Shown here piece after piece: positions 57,532 through 64,000 of a DNA stretch of 64,000 nt (position 1 is its first letter; each line of letters opens with the position of its first letter). The notes under the pieces were generated by a model. It was not told the DNA's origin, did no database searches, and worked only from the letters and a program-made list of their open reading frames with translations. The position numbers and the translations under genes are program-made. The DNA lies in the IMG/VR virus record IMGVR_UViG_3300022745_000017, positions 153,974 to 217,973 of that record; one strand, 5' to 3'.

Positions 57532-58281
57532 ATGGCAAGAGAGACCAAAAAGATCATTGTCGATATTGAGGCACTGTTTGATATGCGCTTAGGGGTGTTG
57601 ATTACGCTCCTGGGAGCTGAGGCAGCGTTTGAAGCGACCAAAGACGCCAGCTACTACACCCGCACTTATCAAGATATCACGACTCCAGCAGGCCCCTTGA
57701 CAAAGGAGATTTACCGCAAAGTCCTTAACAAAGACCCAGCGGCAATCTGGCAGGTCTCAATGCGCACAAAGATATACGAGTTCATCGTGAGTCGCTGTGC
57801 GAAGGTGCGAGAAGGCTCTTTTCGATCGCCTATTCATGCTGATCCAGAAATCTGTATCAATATCCACGGGTATTCGCTCACTGAGAAAGAGGAGAGTAGC
57901 CTCATCGCAGGTATGCGTGATTTGACGGGAGCTCTCTACGATGTCAGTACCTTGGACATGGGAGATTCTGAGCTCTCCCCGGCGTGGCTAAAGGCACATG
58001 CTAGAGCTTTGATCATGTACGATCCGGTGAACTGGGTCAATACAAATTCTTCAGCTCTGATCAAGAGTGCTCCAAACATCGATTTCACAGTGTTTGCTCC
58101 CAGACTTTTGGAAAACAATGACCACCTCGAAGAGGTTAAGAAAGCCAAAGCGACCTACAGTGGCGATGTGTTTAACTTGTTCGAGCTGACATGCAGCCAG
58201 TGCTTCCAACTCAGTCTATTGCCTGTGAGTGCTTTTTGTGCAGACACTCCGGCTAACACAGATAGCTTTTTGGAGGCATAA
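57532..58281 (+). CDS. Conserved phiKZ-like protein with a degenerate HAD-like N-terminus
   Basis: IIVDIEALFDMRLG; ICINIHGYSLT; LIMYDPVNW. Confidence 0.7.
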   Translation: MARETKKIIVDIEALFDMRLGVLITLLGAEAAFEATKDASYYTRTYQDITTPAGPLTKEIYRKVLNKDPAAIWQVSMRTKIYEFIVSRCAKVREGSFRSPIHADPEICINIHGYSLTEKEESSLIAGMRDLTGALYDVSTLDMGDSELSPAWLKAHARALIMYDPVNWVNTNSSALIKSAPNIDFTVFAPRLLENNDHLEEVKKAKATYSGDVFNLFELTCSQCFQLSLLPVSAFCADTPANTDSFLEA

Positions 58282-58282
58282 G

Positions 58283-58316
58283 CCCTACTACCGGTGGTTT
58301 GCCACCGGTAGTAGGG
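58283..58316. terminator. Bidirectional hairpin
   Basis: CCCTACTACCGGTGG-TTTG-CCACCGGTAGTAGGG. Confidence 0.8.
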
Positions 58317-58354
58317 ATGTGTGCCAATTTAAATCGAAGCCGCACCACTGCTAC

Positions 58355-59611
58355 TCAGATGTGCTGGAGAGCGTAGTAAAATTCGACAGACTTCATGGCT
58401 TGCGACAACAGTGCCACCGAGGTGTGTCCAGCGATAGCGTCTTCATCCATAGCGTGAATGAAAAACTGATAAAGACCGATGACTTGGCGCACATACCCTA
58501 AGGTGTCAGCGCTCCAGCCAGCGGGGTCTTTTGCATTCTCGATCTTTGTGATCAAGCCTTGCAGTGTCGTGGTAATGGGCTTGCGCTCTTCGACCACCTT
58601 TTCAGCCCAGCTCTTAAAGCTTTTGGCAAACTCTGCGAACTTGACTAACTCGTCGATGGTCATCAGCCTGACTTCAATATCAGCCAGGCCGTTATTAGCA
58701 GCAGCCAAATCTTTAACCATGTCCGCATAGTCTTGTCCGTGTGGCCCTTTGCGAACAACGAGCTTGCTCGAAGAGACCTCGAAAATAAGGCAGTGCAAAC
58801 CAGTAGGAGGGCTGTAGACATAAACAGTCGAGGTGCCTTTTTTCTCCGGCTTGAAGTCCTTTGCCAGATCGACGATGTGGCTAGCGAGCGTGCCATTCTC
58901 ATCAGTGTCGTTTTTGATCGAGCCTAACGCTTGCCAATACTCTTGGTCGCGGCGACTAAAGTCGAGCGAATTGATTGTTGGTGAGAGCTTTTTGATGGTC
59001 TCGGTGATTTGCCCACTCACGCGCTGGCTGACTTCGATGCTGCGCTTAGCCTCTTCCCATGGCGTGAGGTTTTTGTGCAACTTACCCCACAGATAGCCAG
59101 CGTCATGCTTGCTGATCTCGACTTGCCGGGACTGGGAAATCTTGTACATCTGAATGGCGTGCGCATCATCGGACTCTGGCTTATGCCGGGTTGACAAAGA
59201 CGCCATCTTGTCGATAATGGCCTTCTTGTTTTTATCCACCACAGCGAGCTTTTTCTCAAAGAAAGCCAAGTGATCGAGCATCTTGTTGCCGCCAGGGCCA
59301 ACACCGATCGGCAAACCCAGTACCCGACTTGCTAACCACACACCAATTCGCTTGACCAAGTTGACAATCGATTTCCACAGTGAAGCAATGTAGCTGCCAA
59401 CACCCTCTCTTGCCACATAGATCCGGTCTTCTTGGCTCAACCCAATGGACTCCAAGCACGGATTGTAAAGACGATGTGACGCAGTGTACATTACTTTCGG
59501 AATGTGCTGTGTTTTGCCTTGAGCAAAGTCCAAGCACTCGCGCAAGCTCTCTACCTGAAGCGTCAAGCAAGCAGCAAATTCTTCGTGATCAAAACTAGCT
59601 TGCATGATCAT
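58355..59611 (-). CDS. Inner-head protein (phiKZ paralogue family)
   Basis: VARE|G followed by amphipathic IASLWKSIVNLVKRIGVWLA, similar to 42783-44276. Confidence 0.7.
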   Translation of the reverse strand: MIMQASFDHEEFAACLTLQVESLRECLDFAQGKTQHIPKVMYTASHRLYNPCLESIGLSQEDRIYVAREGVGSYIASLWKSIVNLVKRIGVWLASRVLGLPIGVGPGGNKMLDHLAFFEKKLAVVDKNKKAIIDKMASLSTRHKPESDDAHAIQMYKISQSRQVEISKHDAGYLWGKLHKNLTPWEEAKRSIEVSQRVSGQITETIKKLSPTINSLDFSRRDQEYWQALGSIKNDTDENGTLASHIVDLAKDFKPEKKGTSTVYVYSPPTGLHCLIFEVSSSKLVVRKGPHGQDYADMVKDLAAANNGLADIEVRLMTIDELVKFAEFAKSFKSWAEKVVEERKPITTTLQGLITKIENAKDPAGWSADTLGYVRQVIGLYQFFIHAMDEDAIAGHTSVALLSQAMKSVEFYYALQHI

Positions 59612-60009
59612 TTCCCAGTGAATGTTTTGTAATCGAGCATAGAGCCATTGGTGTCGAGCTCACCAGGCACGATCTCTGGCAGTGGCAAGTCATCGGGCAA
59701 CTTAGGCACGTAGTCCCCAGGGTTGTCTGTCGGCTTGATACCCCGGATGTTTGGATCGTTGAGCATTTGCGCAATGAGCACAGCGGCGTTAGCAGCCTTA
59801 TTGCCATTGTCGGCATCGACCTTGATCTTCTTGCGCGTCAGGTGCTGGCGGTCAGAGTCATTGATCAAGCTAGCTGCTACCTTGATACTGTCGAGATCAT
59901 CAGGCGCTTTACCGCCTTTCATGATCGCCCCTAACAACAGTGCGCGCGTTTGCTCATTTGTCCTTAGCGCGACCTCATGTTCATCACTGGGTTTGTTTTC
60001 TTCAGACAT
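59608..60009 (-). CDS. Conserved phiKZ-like hypothetical protein
   Basis: LINDSDRQHLTRKKIKVD; PEIVPGE. Confidence 0.75.
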   Translation of the reverse strand: MSEENKPSDEHEVALRTNEQTRALLLGAIMKGGKAPDDLDSIKVAASLINDSDRQHLTRKKIKVDADNGNKAANAAVLIAQMLNDPNIRGIKPTDNPGDYVPKLPDDLPLPEIVPGELDTNGSMLDYKTFTGK

Positions 60010-60046
60010 ATGGTTTTCCTTTAAAAAGTCTCATATTTTTTACGCT

Positions 60047-60056
60047 CACATATCAT
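60047..60056 (+). promoter_or_regulatory. Putative promoter core
   Basis: CACATATCAT in an AT-rich divergent gap. Confidence 0.4.
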
Positions 60057-60102
60057 CAATATAGTACATGCGGACATCCGCGCTTATTTAGGAAAAGATG
60101 CA

Positions 60103-60606
60103 ATGCTTTACTGGAAAAATCTCCTATGGTTTAAGCTCAAATGGATGGTGTTATCAGACACTACCAAGCAGTGCTTACTCAAAGATAAGCGCCATGAAAC
60201 CTTGGTTAAAAGTCTTTTTGATCCTGCTTTGATCTTAAAGACCCCACTGTCTGCAATGGAGACCGAGACCTTTCAAACCAAAGAGTTTGAGACGTTAGCA
60301 GCGCTGAATTATTGTTTATCAGCGACACTGGATGTTGTGGCATCCTGGCGACACCATAAAGATAACATGACCCTGACGGTGCCTATGGAGATCAATAGCA
60401 TCTCTCTGGAACAAAACCTCAAAGACTTCACGACTGTGACAGCGCTAGCTAGCTTCATCCCGCTTTATCTGCGCTGCCACAGCGTCTATCTGGAGTTGCA
60501 TCAGCACAGCGACTCCAGGGTCAGGTTATTTACTATCAGGCTTGGCAATGTTTTAGCCTTTTGCTACCAACTGATGGAGGCTTACCATGTAGCGATTACC
60601 AAATAA
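60103..60606 (+). CDS. Hypothetical protein
   Basis: 167-aa ORF with AGGAAA SD. Confidence 0.65.
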   Translation: MLYWKNLLWFKLKWMVLSDTTKQCLLKDKRHETLVKSLFDPALILKTPLSAMETETFQTKEFETLAALNYCLSATLDVVASWRHHKDNMTLTVPMEINSISLEQNLKDFTTVTALASFIPLYLRCHSVYLELHQHSDSRVRLFTIRLGNVLAFCYQLMEAYHVAITK

Positions 60607-60647
60607 ACGAGCACTATAGTCTATTTAAGTCAGCAAGAGAGTTTAAG

Positions 60648-61118
60648 ATGAACAAAAAGAAAGACTTTGTCCACTTACTCAGCAGTCCTAGCAAAGGGGT
60701 TGGTGAGTGCCGTGGCGTCAGAGGTTTTCTAGCCAACACCTGGCGGCAGCTGTTATTCCAGGCCAATGTAACGCCGACGAAGTTTACTTCGCTGCTGAGC
60801 GTGTGGCTTAGAAAAGACTCGGCTAAGCGTAAAAACGCTGGTGTGGTCGGTGATAGCTCGGCGCGCAATAACCGCCTTAGAGCGATGGTGGCGAACTCGA
60901 TGACGTGGAAGGTGTTATGCTCCAGTGCAAGCATCCTCGGTGTCGTCAAGATCAAATGTACTTTTGAGTGGGTGTGGGCCAATGGTCGCTCTCACATCAC
61001 TTACGGGGAGCTCGATCTCTCCGACGTGGATAATAGTCCCGATGATCCGGATGATGATTTCGTAAAGGTAGTCAGTGATGAATCACCACCCTGGGTTGAC
61101 GACCCAAAAAATGAATGA
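60648..61118 (+). CDS. Hypothetical protein
   Basis: ATG 60648; basic core and acidic tail. Confidence 0.7.
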   Translation: MNKKKDFVHLLSSPSKGVGECRGVRGFLANTWRQLLFQANVTPTKFTSLLSVWLRKDSAKRKNAGVVGDSSARNNRLRAMVANSMTWKVLCSSASILGVVKIKCTFEWVWANGRSHITYGELDLSDVDNSPDDPDDDFVKVVSDESPPWVDDPKNE

Positions 61119-61623
61119 GGTTTGTCACCTCTTCAACACGCTTTTACAGATGTCTTACAGACAGATCCCTAGCACAGATCTAGCCCACAAGACACGCGTG
61201 TTTTTCAGCAGATACAGTGCCTCTCCGGTCTCAGTTTGGTTTACCAGACAAGCCATTGAGGACATCTTCCGGGAAATCTTAGCAGAAGAGAAGATCCATG
61301 AATTCCTCATGACGTTGACCACCCATTTCTTTGCCAGGCTGGGGGATGACGACACCATCTACAATTTGGCAAAGACACTGGCCACTGCTGCTTGTATCGA
61401 CGGGCCGTACCCCGAGCAGTCGTACTTGCCCCAATCTCTGAAAAAATACCTGCCTTCGACATTGTTTGGAGAGTACAACCTCCAAGGACTACCCACGCGA
61501 AAGCATTGGTATTCTTGGAAAAAGACTGACTCCATTCAAGAGTTGAAAGACCTTCTAGTGAGCAACAAGCCACTGATGGTTCTGATGATGATCAACATTA
61601 CTGGAGCTCAAAATGAGCAATGA
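61111..61623 (+). CDS. Hypothetical protein
   Basis: ATG 61111 in frame with track ORF 61075; overlaps both neighbours. Confidence 0.7.
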   Translation: MNEVCHLFNTLLQMSYRQIPSTDLAHKTRVFFSRYSASPVSVWFTRQAIEDIFREILAEEKIHEFLMTLTTHFFARLGDDDTIYNLAKTLATAACIDGPYPEQSYLPQSLKKYLPSTLFGEYNLQGLPTRKHWYSWKKTDSIQELKDLLVSNKPLMVLMMINITGAQNEQ

Positions 61624-62596
61624 CAACGATTTCATTCCCGTCTCTCAAATCTTGCTGGTGACTGAAGATCAGTCTGGTGATTCCCAAGCCGAGCCGGGCG
61701 AGGCTGTGGAATTGACTCTGGCCCAAGGTCAGCCTGAAGATGGCCTGCGTCTGCCGAGCGTTGAAGAGCAGCGCGAAGTCGTCCAAGCAGCATTGGCTGA
61801 AAATCCGCAAACCCCCACCGATTGGCCAAAGCTCCCGACAGCAAAGCCAGCCCCTTTGCCCAGCTACAAGATCCCACCTCCAGTTCAACAGCGTTTCAGT
61901 GGCGACATCCGTGAAAAGGCCCGCCGGCTGGCACAGGGCTGGGGCGCTCGCACACCGAGCCCCACGATCGGCAACACCATCGGCGGCAGTGATTTGATGT
62001 CCGCTTGCGCAGACATCATCAACGAGACGGTTCGCCCTGTTTACAACGACGGTGAGACCGAGATCAACGTCAGCGAAGACGCTATCACCGAGCTGGGCAA
62101 GCAGCTCTCCATGGGCTACTCCTACGCTTTCGAGTTCGACAACCTCGGGCGGTTTGCCTGCGTGGGTGGGCTCTACAGTTGGCTGTCCTATGGTCAAGCT
62201 GACTACTACCGCACTGCCGTTGGCCAAGATTGCTCCCGCTCGCGCTACGGCTCTTCCAACACTGGTCGCCCCGACCCCCGCTGGCGCATCTTGGTGGCAG
62301 CCGCTACCTACAGCAAGATCGTGACACTGCCTGGTTTGGCCGAGCGGCTGGCCAACTCATGGCTGCCCTTCCGCCACTACGTGCAAAGCGAAACCAGCCA
62401 ACTCGATGTGCGCACCGTGTCAGCCGAAATCTGGTACGTGCCGATGCTCTACGAGTGCCAGCGGGTTGTGCGACACAACCTGGCCAATCCGGAAAACCAA
62501 ATCGAGCCCGATTTTGGTTTTCTGGCAGCAATCACCTGGCACAACTATCGGCACCGGTTGGATAGCCGGTTTGTTGCGCACGGTGGCAAAGCTTAA
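61613..62596 (+). CDS. NADAR-like protein, apparently degenerate, with an acidic/Pro-rich N-terminal extension
   Basis: DGETEINVSEDAITELGKQLSMGYSYAFEFDNLGRFACVGGLYSWL resembles the phage motif DGxxHINxxSxxxTxLGxxLSNF...GxFxSxEGxWxW. Confidence 0.55.
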   Translation: MSNDNDFIPVSQILLVTEDQSGDSQAEPGEAVELTLAQGQPEDGLRLPSVEEQREVVQAALAENPQTPTDWPKLPTAKPAPLPSYKIPPPVQQRFSGDIREKARRLAQGWGARTPSPTIGNTIGGSDLMSACADIINETVRPVYNDGETEINVSEDAITELGKQLSMGYSYAFEFDNLGRFACVGGLYSWLSYGQADYYRTAVGQDCSRSRYGSSNTGRPDPRWRILVAAATYSKIVTLPGLAERLANSWLPFRHYVQSETSQLDVRTVSAEIWYVPMLYECQRVVRHNLANPENQIEPDFGFLAAITWHNYRHRLDSRFVAHGGKA

Positions 62597-62613
62597 ACCT
62601 TAAGCACTTGTGC

Positions 62614-62650
62614 TACACTACCTGGATGCTCATCGCATCCAGGTAGTGTA
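62614..62650 (+). terminator. 16-bp stem hairpin
   Basis: TACACTACCTGGATGC-TCATC-GCATCCAGGTAGTGTA. Confidence 0.7.
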
Positions 62651-62696
62651 TGTGCATTCTTATGACTGTTTTTCTTTTTTTCTTTGGAGAGCTACC

Positions 62697-63785
62697 ATGC
62701 CAGCTATTTCTACTTCCCCGTTATTCATCGTTGGTCCAGAAGAAAACCTGGCAGCTGTAGATGTTTACAAAGATGACCCGACCAAGGTCAAAGCTATCTC
62801 TACAGTACAAAAGATCGATGACTACTTGATTTCTGTAGACTCAGGGATTGGCAATAAGTGGGATGCTCCGCCAGCGGTCACCCCAGCCCAAGAAGTGCCC
62901 CCAGATAACTGGGGACAAACCAAGACAATTGAGTTAACGGGCGACGCCATTAAGAAAGCAGTGTTGACAGACTCAGGTGCAGCTGCTGCTTTTTCACAGT
63001 TAGATAAAGGGCTCAAGTCGGTTATTACGGGTGAGTACAGCATCAAGAAGAATGTATCAAACGTACAGCAAATCGTTAACGGCAAGATCAAGTATATCAA
63101 TAGCTTGGCTGCACCGACGATCGATGCAATGCAGAAGATGGTCAACAGTCTTTACGGGACGATGTGCTCACCTTTGCTCAAAGACAAGGCTGCTACCATT
63201 ACGTTCACGACGAACTTCTTAAAGCTAGCGCAGTTGCACAAGATCGCAGGGATGTTGGCATGTATCATGTCGTCACCTCTACTGCATCCTGATACATTGC
63301 TGCAAGTCGTCAAAAACATGATCCCCCACATCAAGTTAGCGGGAGATATCGACGGCTTGAAAGCACTGTGCTTTTCGGAGCACGCTAAGCTCATCAACCG
63401 AACTGACCCAGATTTCTTTCGTGTGTTCTTGCATAACTACAAGATCCCCACCAATGAAGACAGTATCGACTACATCGATTTATACGAAGAAGTCGTGAGC
63501 TCGTTCTTAGAAGGCCATCCTACCTGGGGTTTGTTTACTCGCAACGGTGAGCCTGGCTGGAGTGATTGCGCCGATATCGCTTACGCCAGTGATGACTTCA
63601 AGAAGCTACTCAAAGCCAAAGCCACTAACATCTTCTACGACATTGACGGCGCTGACCCAGAGACTTTTGACTTGGCTAGCAATACTGCCAAAGAGAAGTA
63701 TTGGTACGCGGTCGCTAAGGACTTCCCATTCGTGAATACCAAAGATGAGATCGCTCGTTTATACCTGATGGTAAAAGCGCCATAA
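62697..63785 (+). CDS. Putative virion structural protein (phiKZ-like)
   Basis: ATG 62697 with GGAG SD; GPEENLAAVDVY; AYASDDFKKLL. Confidence 0.7.
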   Translation: MPAISTSPLFIVGPEENLAAVDVYKDDPTKVKAISTVQKIDDYLISVDSGIGNKWDAPPAVTPAQEVPPDNWGQTKTIELTGDAIKKAVLTDSGAAAAFSQLDKGLKSVITGEYSIKKNVSNVQQIVNGKIKYINSLAAPTIDAMQKMVNSLYGTMCSPLLKDKAATITFTTNFLKLAQLHKIAGMLACIMSSPLLHPDTLLQVVKNMIPHIKLAGDIDGLKALCFSEHAKLINRTDPDFFRVFLHNYKIPTNEDSIDYIDLYEEVVSSFLEGHPTWGLFTRNGEPGWSDCADIAYASDDFKKLLKAKATNIFYDIDGADPETFDLASNTAKEKYWYAVAKDFPFVNTKDEIARLYLMVKAP

Positions 63786-63786
63786 G

Positions 63787-63824
63787 CCCTCTGTACGCTG
63801 GGATTACTCCCAGCGTACAGAGGG
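63787..63824. terminator. Bidirectional hairpin
   Basis: CCCTCTGTACGCTGGGA-TTAC-TCCCAGCGTACAGAGGG. Confidence 0.8.
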
Positions 63825-63830
63825 TATGTC

Positions 63831-64000
63831 TTACTCTTTGTCTGTCCCGCGCATGACGGCACGGATAAGGCCAGCATCTGGGAAGTTAACCAGTTTAGAT
63901 GCCCAGTATGACGCAGTCGTCAGCTTGCTGAGCTCAGCGCGCTTGGTAGCTAGCTGGTACTTCATGATCTGCCAGCGACTATCTACGTCTTTGAGCTGCA
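63831..64000 (-). CDS. 3' end of a minus-strand gene, truncated by the window edge
   Basis: ...QLKDVDSRWQIMKYQLATKRAELSKLTTASYWASKLVNFPDAGLIRAVMRGTDKE*. Confidence 0.65.
   Translation of the reverse strand, partial: QLKDVDSRWQIMKYQLATKRAELSKLTTASYWASKLVNFPDAGLIRAVMRGTDKE

Noticed and set aside
59256-59816. Short minus-strand ORFs in alternative frames overlapping the head-protein genes, like the many 60-130 aa overlapping ORFs in the track
   Set aside because: Fully nested in well-supported genes, with no SD or motifs
24884-62690. Isolated TATG tetramers upstream of late genes as late promoters
   Set aside because: A 4-mer is too frequent to call individually without 5'-end data; mentioned only where tied to hairpins
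5937-62697. Longest-ORF starts in the track (6917, 11445, 13555, 20775, 31212, 39881, 41762, 55599, 55956, 56904, 60561, 62610)
   Set aside because: They run through terminators or upstream genes; downstream ATGs, most with clear SD sequences, were used instead
1-64000. CRISPR array, tRNA genes, reverse transcriptase/DGR, integrase, transposase
   Set aside because: No regularly spaced direct repeats, no T-loop/cloverleaf in intergenic DNA, no YxDD RT or recombinase motifs. The 900-bp duplication is diverged at all bases, not adenine-specific as a TR/VR pair would be

Overview
This window is a segment of a phiKZ-like jumbo phage genome, probably nucleus-forming (Chimalliviridae-like); all assignments come from motif recognition, with no database search. 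Hallmark genes are the major capsid protein (25600-27777), portal (33381-36065), a non-virion RNAP beta subunit (29624-31243), a virion RNAP beta C-terminal subunit (56297-56998), DnaB-like helicase, UvsX/RecA, SbcC-like ATPase, RNase H, RuvC, a baseplate spike, inner-head paralogues and an i-/o-spanin pair. Positions ~1-21.8 kb form an accessory, probably early region of short hypothetical ORFs. It also holds a macro-domain protein, SNF2-like helicase, NADAR, NAD-dependent ligase, a dCTP deaminase with an insertion, and an inverted two-gene lectin/dead-esterase cassette. I saw no tRNA, CRISPR array, integrase, transposase or reverse transcriptase. The most unusual signals are: (1) long intergenic hairpins followed by TRTGY(C) instead of a U-tract; (2) a perfect host sigma70 promoter plus two extra TTGACA hexamers ahead of the spanins; (3) structured RNA elements on both sides of the capsid gene; (4) a dispersed NAD/ADP-ribose toolkit (macro, NADAR, degenerate NADAR, SLOG, possible ART); (5) a virion protein fused to a 300-aa tandem SdrD-B + lectin repeat.
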